From assembly GCA_951406725.2 (NCBI GenBank), contig OX597824.1, positions 186,001 to 250,000 on the forward strand: a stretch of DNA of 64,000 bases, in the 5' to 3' direction. The stretch's first letter is position 1. Each line of letters begins with the position of its first letter. Both the position numbers and the translations under genes were made by a program. Source of the stretch: Octopus vulgaris (lineage: Eukaryota). The notes under the pieces are model-generated. The model searched no databases and was not told where the DNA came from. It worked only from the letters and a program-made list of their open reading frames with translations. This document shows positions 41,044 to 54,245 of this stretch, piece after piece.

Positions 41044-41997
41044 TTCCTGAAATTAATTTTGTAGAGGATGCTTATAATATTTCTGTCCAAAGGGATTTGG
41101 CAGAGCTGGCAGACACCTATGCTAACAGCAACTACCATTCCAATGATATGACCAAACTTTCATCAGACGAGGAAAAAACTAAAAAAGAGAACATTGATAC
41201 ACCTGGAAATTTACCTGACGAAAGGAAGAGAGTTTTACCTCTCGAAGAAAACAGTAGACTTTCAGGTAAACCTTATATTGAAGGGGCCAAATCTCAATCA
41301 TTGGGGATGACCCTTACAGAAGACCAAGAAATGAATGGGTATTCAGACTCAAAGAGAAAGCAAGTTGGAATTCCCAGTAATAGGGGTAGCAGTGAAATAC
41401 CCTTAATAGAGAACGTCAATAAACAGACACGACTTGTTTATACACCGAAAACTGGCAGCCTAAATTCTTTAAATAATTCTCAGTATGTGAATGTTGATTC
41501 CTTTCAGAATCCCTATGAAATGGAAGACCGAGGACCCCACCGAGAAATGGCAGTTGATTGCCCTGAAAACTTTATTGGCACTGTCAAGTCCACTCCCCGG
41601 TATCCACCACCATCTTCGACCCCTACAAAACCTAAAATATCCTCTCCCCAACAATCTGCTAGTAACTCAAGGGAGAATTTGTCAAATGAAGCTATCTATA
41701 AGAATACCAATACTTTGCCACAGCGACTTCCAACTCAAGAAGAACTCCAACGTGCTCAGATGCACCAAGAATACCTCAACAAGAGAAAGGAAGAGGAAGC
41801 TCGCCTTGAACGAGAAAATGAGTTCTTGCGGAAATCTCTTCGGGAATCTCAAAGGTTGCGAGCATTAGAAAGCAAACAGGTGTCGAAGCCCCCCACCGGA
41901 TATGTTAATACAGGCTTCACTGAAGACGCCACCGACAGCAAACTACCCGTCACATCTAACCAAAGCAGTAAACAAGAGTACATGACCAAAAACATCA
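41044..41997 (+). CDS. MPP5: Coding exon (954 nt, phase 1-1) of MPP5/PALS1/Stardust-like MAGUK: N-terminal region with Par6-binding ECR1 and coiled-coil/ECR2
   Basis: Long polypyrimidine tract plus AG (41042-41043) and donor GTAAGT (41998-42003), with an open frame throughout. It encodes GPHREMAVDCPENFIG..TPRYPPP (HREMAVDCP at 41538-41564, the PALS1/Stardust Par6-PDZ-binding motif). It also encodes EELQRAQMHQEYLNKRKEEEARL..SQRLRALE..PPTGYVNTGF, resembling human PALS1 LERIRQQQEDMRRRREEE..SMRLKKLA..PPKTGIDNPMF (human sequence recalled, not aligned computationally). Confidence 0.93.
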
Positions 41998-43284
41998 GTA
42001 AGTGATTTTATATTTTTTATGTATTTCTATTGTCTTGTATGGCAAATTGGCAGAACCATTAATGCAGAACGTCTCTCTTTTTCTTTTTAAGTATTACTCC
42101 TTTTCTTCTATAAACATTTTTTCTACACCCACTTGTTATGACCCAATAAACCTTCCTCCATTGTTTTGACTCTCATTCTTTTCCTGTGACTAATGCTTCT
42201 TCCATGTCTCATTGCTATGATTCAAAGCACCGCCACCCATTTTTAATGTTCTTACTCATAGTATCAGACCAGCATAACTTAGTTCCAGATTCTAGTTTGG
42301 TGTCAAAGGCTGCTTACCCCAGCACCACAACCACTCTGATGCAAATGAATACTTCTAAGCTTGGTTAGGTTAGTTGGTCCCCATTGCTCTGTAAGGGGTG
42401 TGGCCCCCGGTTTCCTGGTTTCTCTGATGTGTATGTCCCTCCTCTGGATGGGAAACCAGTCCCTCACAGGATTACTCCTGAGTGGACTGGAGCCATGTGA
42501 AATGAAGTGTTTTGCATTACCCTGTCCAGGAATTGAAACCGCAATCTTACAATCATGACTCCATCCCCCAACCTCTAATCCATGCTAGACATAGGTGGTA
42601 TATATTCAGTTTTGTTTACTTACTTATTCACATTTTGAAGTCTATTATTATTGATGTTGTTGTTTTTATTGGGATTTTTATTGTTGTTGTGATTGTTGCT
42701 AACAAGCAGTTTATCATTGATATTAAATTTAATATTCTTACTGAAGTTAATATTTAACTCTTTAACTGTGTAATTAAATTTCATGGTCACTCTTGTAATG
42801 ATGTTAATTATCCACCAAAAAAAATAGAATTGATATTTTCTGCTTCTGAAAGTAATTGATCTTTGCATTGTAAAACAATATTTCCTGAAATATATGGTGG
42901 GAGGATCTGAAAAGTTGACTTTTGTAAAATGTTTTACTGGGATGTCTGCATTTCTCACAGAATAAAGAGAGGATTTCTTTTAAACCCCCGGATAAAACTG
43001 CTTTCCACAAACAGAATTCAAGGAGTAAAAAATCTGTACAAATGCAGCTTTTGTCTGCCTCCATGCTGCATCCTTTGTCCCCAGTTGCCATAAACCAATT
43101 TTCCTCAAGGGATGGAACAGCTCATTTTTGAGAAGCACTTTGACAGAACATAGAACAAAATAAATTCCTGGAGGTAGTTGTTCTAGCCCCCCCCCCACCT
43201 CTCTCCCTGCTCCAACTTTAGCCATGTTGTTACCATATTCCATTTGAAATACACTGCCAGGGCTTCTGTTTTAAAGCCTTGTAT

Positions 43285-43600
43285 TTTTTCTATTTGTCTC
43301 TTTTGCTGGACTGCTAAGTTAGGGAAATGTAAACACATCAATGGCATTTGTTAAGCAGTGATGAGGGACAAAGACACACACACAGAGGCTTCTTTCAGTT
43401 TCCATATACCAAATTCACTCACAAGGTTTTGGCTGGCCCGAGGCTATAGTAGAAGATGCCTCATGTGCCACACCATGGGACTGAATCCAGAACCATGTGG
43501 TTGGGAAGCAAGCTCCTTACTCCTCAGCCATGGTTGCACCCATGGTTTTCTTTTACTTGTTTCAGTCATTTGACTGTGGCCATGCTGGAGCACTGCCATT
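43285..43600 (-). mobile_element. SINE family B copy plus a tail fragment
   Basis: Reverse complement of family B, ~1.3 kb downstream of the large exon. Confidence 0.75.
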
Positions 43601-44071
43601 GGTTGGTTATTTTGCGTGTAATTTTCTTTTGCAGTCAGAAGTGGAGAGTCTGTAGAGCATCAGAAAAAAATGTCTTGCAGGATCTATTCTGGGTCTGTAT
43701 GCTCTGAGTCTAGAACCCACCAAGGTCATCTTTGCCTATCACCTCTCTGGTAATTGGTAAAAATAAAGTACCGGCCAAGTACAGGGGATGATGGTATTGA
43801 TTGAACCTTTCTCTTCAGAATTGCTAGCTTTGTACATAAACCAGGACGGATGGTGAACTGGTAGAACCATTAACATACCAAACAATAGGCTTGGCAGCAT
43901 TTCATCTGGTCTTATGTTCTGACTTAAATTTCACCAAAGTCAACTTTGCATCTCATCCTCTCAGGGTCAATATATAAATATCAGTCAATTTTATAATTGA
44001 CTCCCTCCTTCCCTCAAAAGCTGTTGATCTTCTCTCAAGATTTGAAATCATCATCATTCTTATTGTTATGA

Positions 44072-44290
44072 AGGCATTGAGCTGGCAGAATCGTTAGCAT
44101 GCTGGACGAAATGCCTAGTGGTATTTCATCCATTGCTACGTTCTGAGTTCAAATTCTGCCATGGTCAATTTTGCCTTTCATCCTTTTGGGGGTCAATAAA
44201 TTAAGTTCCAGTGAAACACTGGGGTCGATGTAATTGACTTGTCCCCTCCCACCAAATTTCAGGCCTTGCACCTTTAGTAGAAAGGATTAT
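44072..44290 (+). mobile_element. SINE family A copy
   Basis: Same consensus as 61043. Confidence 0.8.
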
Positions 44291-44581
44291 TATTAAGGCA
44301 GTGAAACAAATACCAATTTAAAAAACAAAAGTTACCTTAAAGTAAAATAAAATAAACAAATTTATCATTTGTATAACTTCTCCCATAACTATGGTTGTTA
44401 ACTCCCTTGCTCCCTTGTCTTCTGTTTCTTCAATTATTTCTCTCCCACTGTGTGTAGCATTTCTTTACACATTGCCTGCCACAAAGCCTAGTATGCATGC
44501 GCACTCATTCTTCACTTGTGTTAACTCTCTGTGTCTGTCTTTTATCCCCCCTCTCTTCCCATCTCTCTGTATGATGTAAAG

Positions 44582-44845
44582 CAGTGGTTCCCAAAGTGAG
44601 CGTTATTGCCCTCCTGGGGGCAGTGTAAAGTTCAAAGAAAAGTGGGGCAATAATGGGGGTAGTGATTCATGTAAAAACAACAAAATAATAGGTTCATTAG
44701 GTTAAGTTTTATTTGTGAAATAAAATTGCTTTGAATTCGTTTCAGAAAGAGGTCTGTGTTTTTGGTGGTTAGTTGGGGTGTTGGTGCTAGGAATGTGGCC
44801 CAGCTGTCAAAGGAGCAGCAACCCAAAAGAGTTTGGGAACCACTA
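44582..44845. mobile_element. hAT (Charlie-like) MITE
   Basis: TIRs cagtggttcccaaa / tttgggaaccacta; 8-bp TSD atgtaaag / acgtaaaa with central TA. Confidence 0.75.
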
Positions 44846-45314
44846 ACGTAAAACATGCCTGAACAAATTTAACCAACGCACAGTTATATCAGCCATTATT
44901 ATATGGAGACTTTTGCATTGCATGTGTGAATTTATTCCTATTGCACTCCAAAGTGTTTTCGCATTGCCCTGAATATAAGGTGTACTTTACAGTTCAAATC
45001 ATCCCTAAATACTGAAATCTGTGTTGCTATGCACTATTATTACACAAGTCAGACCAGTTTCACACTGTCCTAGTTTGTATACATTGTACAGGGTGGCCCA
45101 AAAGTAGGCTTACAGTTATTACGTAGCTGCTTTAAATTTCTTTTAAAACATTTTATTACATTTAAATTCTTTCTCTGATGAAGGCCTAAGAAAACTAGAA
45201 ACTAGTGATATCAGTCACGTACTTTCAATCCACAGAGAAATATATTCTTTGGAGTAAGCATTTTATTTCCTTTCCATAGTGTGGATAAAAAAAAAATATC
45301 ATGGTTAACTTTAA

Positions 45315-45520
45315 CCCATTTGTTACCATATTTCTTTTGAGATGCTCTGTTTCTTTCAGTTAATTTTAAATATAACAAAGAATTTAGTAAAATAACTTGG
45401 TTGTTAGGAACATAAATTGTGACTAATGTTTGGTGGAAAATTTTAATTAAGAACTTTTGAAAACAAGACATTTGTACCAGAGAGCCAGAGGCAGTTTCAG
45501 CCGGGTTGGTGTCGAAAGGA
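45315..45520. mobile_element. piggyBac-like MITE; related copies ~870-1086, 53890-54025, 59330-59420
   Basis: TTAA flanks (45311-45314, 45521-45524) and imperfect TIRs cccatttgttacca / tggtgtcgaaagga. Its reverse complement matches 880-1086. Confidence 0.7.
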
Positions 45521-45549
45521 TTAAGATATATCATGCAACTCAAATCATT

Positions 45550-45581
<32 letters not shown>

Positions 45582-48500
45582 TTTAATCTCCACTTTTCCA
45601 TGCTGGCATGTGTTGGATAGGATTTATTGTGGCAGATTTTTCTGTGGTCAGATGCCCTTCCTGTTACCAACCCTCATCTATGCCCAAGCAAAGTAATATC
45701 CCCTCCCAACCCCATGACAAGGACATGTCTTCGCATTTTTTTTCTAAACCTTATTGAATATGTCTATCCACTTTTTTAAAGATATCACCAAGTATTCAGT
45801 ACAATATTTGGCTGCTATTTCTACCAAGCAACCATGTTGAGATTCCCTCATTTAAATGTCTTGAGATGTCTGTTACATAATGCACAATGTATGCATGCAT
45901 TAAATATTTTGTTAAAAGTTACCTATTTTGTAAAAACAAGTTTTCTCAGTGGCCTTTTATGACACGTTCCTTCAGGCAATCTGTGGAACAGTTAATCTTT
46001 GCATTTTTGTAAAAAACCCCAGCTTAAAACTGCTAAGCCTGCTAAAGTATACCCACCCACCAACCCCACTTTTTACTATAAGTTTATGTGTACATACAGC
46101 CCCTCCACTTAATAGTAGAGAGGCTGTCAGTAGGTGCAAGCATGGTTGTAGGGGTAGGTGTAGACTTGATTGTCAAGAATAATCCTCTCAGACCTGGGCC
46201 TACATGTCTAACTTTCCCCTTCGTCAAGGCTCCTGAGCAGAAAATAGTTACAAACACAGCTCAAGAGTAATGGTTGCAGGCAAACTAATGACCAGAATCA
46301 CAAAAAATTTAGGAGAATAATGACAATAGGCCTATCTTGTAATTGTCATAGATGTTCATAGCAGGTAAACTAATCGACAGAATCCCCCCCGCCAAATCAA
46401 GAGAATAACAATGATAGGCCAGTCTCTCAACTACTGTATTTGTTCACTCAAATCACTGCTTTCCTCATCATTTCCATCAGTAATTTCTGCAACTGTAAAA
46501 AGTCTACGCTTGGCTTGTTTACCAGATGATGTGCTGGGTTCATCACACACTTGTGTCATTGCAAAAATCCATTTTTTTACCTTATTAAAAACAAAAATGA
46601 GCAACAGGTATGGAACCTACCTTAAGCAATGAGTCATAATGTCACCTTACCACAAAGCTGCTGCTGCAATGTGATCAGTTGTCTAAGTTTAGTATTTTAT
46701 CTTGGTTTCCCTATGTGTGTTTTGTGCGTTACTGCTTTAATGGGAATCCGGTAGAGATTATATTTAGGATATTCCTGCTATACCAGGAACACAGCATGAT
46801 AGGGTTAATATGCTCACTTGGCAAACATGCAGCTCCCGGTTCACTCCCACTGTGTGGTACCTTAAGCAAGTATCTTCTACTTTAGCCCCAGGCCTTCTGA
46901 GTGGATTTGGTGGGTAGAAACTGAAAGAATCCTGTGATATGTGTGTGTGTTTTGTGTGTGTACTTCCCTTTCTTGACATCACTGGACACTTGTGAATGAA
47001 TGGTCATCATAAGCAGTGTCATTCATTTCAAATCTTCTATGAAAATATGTCTGACCGTGGGGAAACCCTACCTGCTTGGCAACCAGTGGGTGTTGGGGAC
47101 AAGAAGAATATCTGGCTGTAAAAGACACGTCTCAACTAATCCTGCCTGATTCATGCAAACGTGTAAAAGTGGATGTTACAATGATAACAACAACAAAGAT
47201 GATGGTGGTAGTGGCGGTGAAGGTGGTGGTGGTAGCAGTGTTGGTGGTGATGGTGATGGTAGTGGTGGCAGTGATGATCGGATGCTTACTAACTTCTCCA
47301 AATGAATTTGTTTTGCTCGGATGAATTTACTTTGGTTTGTGTGTTTGTATATTCATAAAAGAGGAAAACAAGTCAGGTTGATAGATAATTTGTGACAATG
47401 GTGAATGAGCACATGTATCTGGGAGAGCGGAACCTTTGAGGATATCACCGCCCCCACCCCACACTCTCCTATACTTGAGTGACACTTCTTTTATTGACCT
47501 TAGAAGGATGAAAAGCAAAGTTAATCACAATGGAATCCAAACTGGGGTTGTAAGTCAACACTACAAATTACGTTGTTCAGTGCCTGACTGATCCTACCAT
47601 CCAGCAGTCTCAGTCATTAATCATCATCATTATCATTATTTTAACGTCCATTTTCCATGCCTGCATGGGTTAGGTGAGAATACCTTGGAGCAGAGTTTTC
47701 TATGGCCTGATGCTCTTCCTGACCCAGTTCTCACCTGTTTCCATTCAAGGTGATAATCTCTCAGTCTATTAAGCAATATATAGCCTGGGCATGGTTATGT
47801 AGAGACCTGGAAACAAACAACATTAACTGTAAGCAAAGGGGCTTACCACCCTTACAAAGATTGGGCAACAGGTTAAGTAACCTGGACTGGTTTTCATGGT
47901 GGATTACAAGCAAAATACTGGGTTTGTACAGAAGAGTGATACTCTTCTATACGAAAAACTGAACACATGTGAAGACGAAGGCATGTTATATGCAGGCATT
48001 GCAGTAGGTCTGACATGGCTGTGGGGTTAAGAATCTTGTATCGCAATCTTGTGGGTTCAGATTCAGCCCCACTGCATGGCACCTTGGCTGAATGTCTTCT
48101 ACTGTGGCTTTGGGTTGACCAAAGCTTTGTGAGTAGATTTGGTAGATGGAAACTGAAAGAAGCCCATCTTGTGTGTGTGTGTATGTATATACCTTCGTTT
48201 TGAAATCATGTGATGGTTGTAAATAAGCAGCACTATTTTCTGTCAATAACATGTCTGGTTGTGGAAAATCTCCCCAAATGAATTCATCCAACCCATGCAA
48301 ACATGGAAAAGTGGACGTGAAAATGATGATGATTACTTACACAAACTCAGAAGCCCATATACGTGCATGCACATGCACACACACACACACACGTAAGCCT
48401 TGGTGGTTTTATGCCAGGTAATAAGAAGTTCATGCTTTAAGTTCTTATTACCTAACCTAAAGTCGCCCCTTTCTGTACTGCAGCCACATTCAGTCAAAGA

Positions 48501-49754
48501 AGACCCTAGTCTTTTGTGCTACATGGCAACCTCACTAGTGCTGGTGCTATGAGCAAAGCAACCAGTGCACTCCCTAATGTTGTTGGCGTTAATAAGGATG
48601 TCCACAGCCATAGAAGCCATGTCAGAGCAGAGATTGAAGCATGGTGCTGTCTTCCAACTCCATCAGATCTTATCTGCCCAATCCACATCAGCATGGAAGA
48701 CGGGTGTAGAAAGGATGATGATGTATAAAATGAGCAGGCTTCTTCCATTTCTGCCCAACAATTTCTTTCACAAGTTACTGGTTGACCTGTGGGTTGACCA
48801 ATAGAGGATTCCAACCTACAGTTTTTACATAATGAGACTGAACTCTTATTCACTGGGTTCAAAAGTGAAATTCTTAGCCACACAACCATACCTGTGCCTC
48901 TCTATCAATAACAATATGTGCGTGTGTGTGTGTAATGTACATCATCATTGTTTAGTGTCTGCTTTCCATGCTGGCATGGGTTGGACTGTTTGACTAAAAC
49001 TGGTGAGCTATAAGTTTTATACCAGGTTCCAATCTGATTTGGCATGGTTTCTATGGCTGGATGCCCTTCCTAGCACCAAGGGCATAATGGGTGCAAATTA
49101 TGTGGCATTGGCCACATTGGCTTGACAAGTTTTCTCAAGCACAGCATATCATCGAAGGTCTCAGTCTCTTGTCATAAAATTTTTGGTGTTATATCTTAGT
49201 GCTGCCGGCTCAAGTCAAATAGATTGAGTTTGGAACTACCTTAACTCTTAAAAGATAAAAAGCTGAATCATCTGAAGTGAGATTTTAACTTGAATTAATA
49301 AATTACTATATCTAACATTAATTATTTAGTCAAAATGGTGTAATAAAGAATAGTAGTAATTTTTAACTTTGGCTTTGTGTCCTAAATCTTGGGAGAGGAA
49401 ACAATTGAATTAATCCCAACACTTGCATGATATTTATGTGATCAACCCTGGAAGGAATTGAACTTGAGATATTATGAAACCTAGACCAAGGCAACATCAT
49501 CTTATCCTGCCATTAATTATCCTATGACTTTGTGTCTTGATTGGGTTTTTTTACTGTGGAACTTGTTATTTGTGAACAAGTTAATAGCACTAAAATACAA
49601 AAATATACCAAGTTTTATTAACTTGAAAAACTAGATGAGCATCAAATATTTTAAGAGGATTTATGAATGTGATTACCTGCCTAATCTCTCACCTTACCAG
49701 AAATGACAACCAAATTTCCCTCAAATCTAAAAAAAAATAAGGGAGAAAGTTCAC

Positions 49755-50165
49755 TTTACTCTTTTACTTGTTTCAGTCATTTGACTGCAGCCTTGCTGGA
49801 GCACCGCCTTTAGTCGAGCAAATTGACCCCAGGACTTATTCTTTGTAAGCCTAGTACTTACTCTAACGGTTTCTTTTGCTGAACTGCTAAGTTATGGGGA
49901 CGTAAAAACACTAGCATTGGTTGTCAAGCAATGTTTGGGAGACAAACACAGACACACAAACATATACACACACACATGCATATACATATATATACATATA
50001 TACAATGGGCTTCTTTCAGTTTCCATCTACCAAATCCACTCACAAAGCTTCGGTTGGCCCGAGGCTATAGTAGAAGACACTTGCCCGAGATGCCATGCAG
50101 TGGGACTGAACCTGGAACCATGTGGTCGGTAAGCAAGCTACTTACCACACAGCCACTCCTGCACC
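49755..50165 (-). mobile_element. SINE family B, near full length
   Basis: Reverse complement of the family B consensus. Confidence 0.85.
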
Positions 50166-50710
50166 CATTGTAGCTGAGTGAATCACTCATTAAATAAAAT
50201 GAAAGGCTGAAGTGACCGTTGCTTGGACTGAATGGATCTGGACCCAACACTGTGTTTGAATGGAAGATAGAAGTGCTTATGTCTAAAATGCCTTTCCTTG
50301 TCGTTCAGCTCAAACAGAACTCTGCTTCAGCCAAACCTCACCATATTTAGCCATGTTGAACTTCATGAATTGTTAGCTATAGCCAACTCTTTCTTATTCT
50401 GTAAAATGTGGTTGAGATGATTACTGTGGTACCTTTCGTGGGTCAATTATGTTGACCCCACCCCCACCCCGCCCATCAAGTACTGGGGTTGATGTAGTTG
50501 ATTTAATCCTTCCCCTCAAAATTACTGGCCTTGTGCCTATAGTAGAAAGGATCATTATTATTATTATTATTATTATTATTGTTATTGTTATTAAGGGTGG
50601 CCAGCTGACGAAATCACTAGCATGCTGGACAAAATGCTTAGTGGCACTTCACCTGTCTTTACGTTCTGAGTCCAAATTCTGCTATGTTGGACTTTTTGAG
50701 TTTATGAAAT

Positions 50711-51096
50711 TTGGAAGCACTCCGTCGGTTACGACGACGAGGGTTCCGGTTGATCCGAATCAACGGAACAGCCTGCTCGTGAAATTAACGTGTAAGTGGC
50801 TGAGCACTCCACAGACACGTGTACCCTTAACGTAGTTCTCGGGGATATTCAGCGTGACACAGAGAGTGACAAGGCCGGCCCTTTGAAATACAGGTACAAC
50901 AGAAACAGGAAGTAAGAGTGAGATAAAGTTGTGGTGAAAGAGTACAGCAGGGCTCACCACCATTCCCTGTCGGAACCTCGTGGAGCTTTAGGTGTTTTCG
51001 CTCAATAAACACTCACAACGCCCGGTCTGGGAATTGAAACCGCGATCCTATGACCGCGAGTCCGCTGCCCTAACCACTGGGCCATTGCACCTCCAC
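50711..51096 (-). mobile_element. Young tRNA-derived SINE (family C) inserted into an older family-A SINE
   Basis: Head on minus strand has A box TGGCCCAGTGG and B-box-like GGTTTCAATTCC. 12-bp TSD agtttatgaaat (50699-50710, 51097-51108). A diverged copy lies at 35443-35810. Confidence 0.85.
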
Positions 51097-51234
51097 AGTT
51101 TATGAAATAAGCCCCATTTGAACACTGGGTTCGATGTAATCAACAAGCCCCCCCCCCAATCCCCAAATTTCAGGCCTTCTGCCTTCACTAGAAAGGATTC
51201 TTCGTTTTCTTATTATTATTATTATTATTATTAT

Positions 51235-51447
51235 GGCGGCAAGCTGGCAGAAGCATTAGCACACCGGGTGAAATGCTTAGTGGTATTTCATCTGTCTTTA
51301 CGTTCTGAGTTCAAATTCCACCATGGTTGACTTTGCCTTTCATCCTTTCGGGGTCAATAAATTAAGCACCTGTTGAGTACTGGGGTCGATTTAATTGACT
51401 GGCCCTTCTTCCACCAAAATTTTGAGCCTTGTGCCTAGAGTAGAAAG
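51235..51447 (+). mobile_element. SINE family A copy
   Basis: Same head, B box and cctttcatcctttcggggtc core; flanked by (TAT)n. Confidence 0.82.
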
Positions 51448-52457
51448 TATTATTATTATTATTGGGGCAGTGAGCTGGCAGAACTGTTAACATGTGTGAC
51501 AAAATGCTTTGTGGCATTTTTTCTGGCCCTTTTCTGGCTCAAATCCTGCTGAAGGCAGGCACTAAAATCCTGCTGAAGCTCAAATCCTACTGAAGGCAGC
51601 TTTGCCTTTCCTCTTTTCAGAGTCAATAAAATAGAGTACCAGTCACGTACTGGAGCTGGTATTATTGGTTGTCTCCCTCTCCCTAAAATTGCTGGCATTG
51701 TGCCAAAACATGAAATTATTATTCATCTATTTTTTTTTCTCTCTGTGCAAATATGACCTCACCTCCACAGGTTCATTCCACATACAATCATCCCTGGTAC
51801 GAGAAATCTGCCCTCATTCGCCCACCTCTGTTTGGAACTAGACATGATTCTTCTCCATCAGGAAATACATGTAACATCTATTTACATATATACGATATGT
51901 ACCATTTACGATATGTAACATTTGTGTTTTTTTGTTAATTTGCAATAATAATTGGCAGGTGATGCCAGTATCACTACTGAGATCAACTGGTTAATAATAA
52001 AAACACCGCAAGCTGTGACTAAGAGATGTAATGATAATCTAAAAATCTGAAGAAGGATAGAAACATTACAAGCATTTGTCAGTTTTTATCAACTCAATCG
52101 TGTTCAGGAATTCTTGTTTGTGGCTTTTATTGCTTCTCAATCAGATATGCCATCACATTGGATACATTCCTTGGTGCGATTACATCAAACCTTCTTCCTA
52201 AGCTACCAATCAAAAGAGGCCAAGTTCTTGGCTATTAGTCCTCACCCTCTCTCTCCCTCTCTTTTATTCTCTCTCTCTCTCTCTCCTTTTGTTTTTCATG
52301 GTTGTGTTTGCTCTTTTCTTATTTATTTATTCTCAATTCCGATTATGAGGACTGATAGTGAAGTCTGACGTAAAGGGGATCTATAAATATAATATTTTCG
52401 CATGCTTTCAGTTATTGGGCTCTGGCCATGCTGGGGCAACCAATTGTAAAAAGTTTT

Positions 52458-52800
52458 GAGTGGCTGTGTGGTAAGTAGCTTGCTTACCAACCACATGGTT
52501 CTGGCTTCAGCCCCACTGCGCGACACCTTGGGCACGTGTCTTCTATAGCCTCAGGCCGACCAAAACTTTGTGAATGGATTTGATAGACAGAAACTGAAAG
52601 AAGCCCATTGTATATATACATGTGTGTGTTTGCCCCCAAACATCGTATGTCAACTGATGCTGGTGTGTTTACATCCCCATAACTTAGCAAACTTAGCAGT
52701 TCGGCAAAAGAGACCGATAGAATAAGTACTAGGCTTACAAAAAGTCCTGGGGTCATTTGCTTGACTACAGGTGGTACTCCAGCATGGCCGCAATCAAATG
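52458..52800 (+). mobile_element. SINE family B copy
   Basis: Matches 37355-37755. Confidence 0.8.
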
Positions 52801-53525
52801 ATCATTATGATTTTGGGGGGTTTATTTTATTTATCTCCGTTTGTGAAAGGCAAAGTCATTTTTCTCCCCATAAAGTAATGTAACTTGATAACCCTGGTTC
52901 ACACTGGTAAAACCATACAATGACACAGATACACACATACTGACATGTATATGTCTGTGTGTGTGTGTGTGTGTGTTGATTGGTTGAATAAGCTGTCAGG
53001 TGAAACCTGAGCTTCCAGTCAACCTGAACTTTATGATAAATATAACTGTTCTCTTGTATGTATATAATATTACACTCTCAGAGTGGTTGGCATTAGGAAG
53101 GGCATCCAGCTGTAGAAACTCTGCCAGATCGGATTGGAGCCTGGTGCAGCCATCTGGTTCGCCAGTCCTCAGTCAAATCGTCCAACCCATGCTAGCATGG
53201 AAAGCGGACGTTAAACGAGGAATCGTTGATCCACTGGGGTCTGCAGTTGACATTTAACCAAGGTGCAGTGTGGTGTATTAGGACAGTCGTTATATATAAT
53301 ATACAATAATGTGGTCGCAGAGTAAACTTCTTCTTAATCACATCATTACGCCAGCCCATGTCTGTGTGTCTTGTTTTCTGTAAGTTTTAGATATGTGTGC
53401 ATATACATACCATGTTCTTGATGGTGAGTCAATCAGAGAGCATCTAAGTGGTTTCTTGACCAGCTAGAAATAACAGTCAAAATTCCTTCAAATCACACTG
53501 TTATGTTTAAAAAAGAGGGGATAAT

Positions 53526-53739
53526 TCTTTTCTACTCTAGGCACAAGGCTCCAAATTTTGTAGGGAGGAGGTCAGTCGATTAGATCGACCCCAGTATGTA
53601 GCTGGTACTTAACTTAACCCTGAAAGGATGAAAGGCAAAGTCAACCTTGGCAGAATTTGAACTCAGAACGTAAAGACAGAAGAATTACCGCTAAGCATTT
53701 TGCCCAGCATTGCCAACTTTTCTGCCATTTCGCCACCTT
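53526..53739 (-). mobile_element. SINE family A copy with TSD
   Basis: Reverse complement of the family A consensus; flanking near-identical aaaagagggggata / aaaggagggggata. Confidence 0.82.
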
Positions 53740-54245
53740 AAAAGGAGGGGATAGTTAGAACTAGAATGTTTTTGATCATAGTTTTGCTCTGTCCAGACTG
53801 ACCTAAATCATAACAACAACATTTTTCTAATCATTTGAGATTCTTCGGATTCTAGCCTACTGGAGACCACTGCTGGTCCTACAATAAACATTTCATGTTT
53901 AAAATGATCTATAAAAAAAAAAATCATGTTAAATTAAGTTCTAAACACCAGATTAATTAGGACAAACTTACTTTACTAAATTCATCATTATTTTCAACAG
54001 AAATATGGTTACAAAATGGATTAAAACTAAGTAGGTTATGATTATCGAAACCAGATTTAAAATATCCGCTCTTAAGTGGATAAGATGTATGTAGTTTTAG
54101 GTAGTTATGTGAGAGTTGTAAAGGAAACACCAAGTTTATCTTAAAAGTCCATAAATATTTTCAAACGTTCAATTAGTCTTTGTTTCATATTTCGTTTTTG
54201 GATTTGGTTTGCAAAATTCTTTATGTGAGTTTGTGTTTTGAAGCA

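Noticed and set aside
41491-41868. Overlapping 125-aa alternative-frame ORF
   Set aside because: No recognisable motif; expected by chance inside a coding exon.
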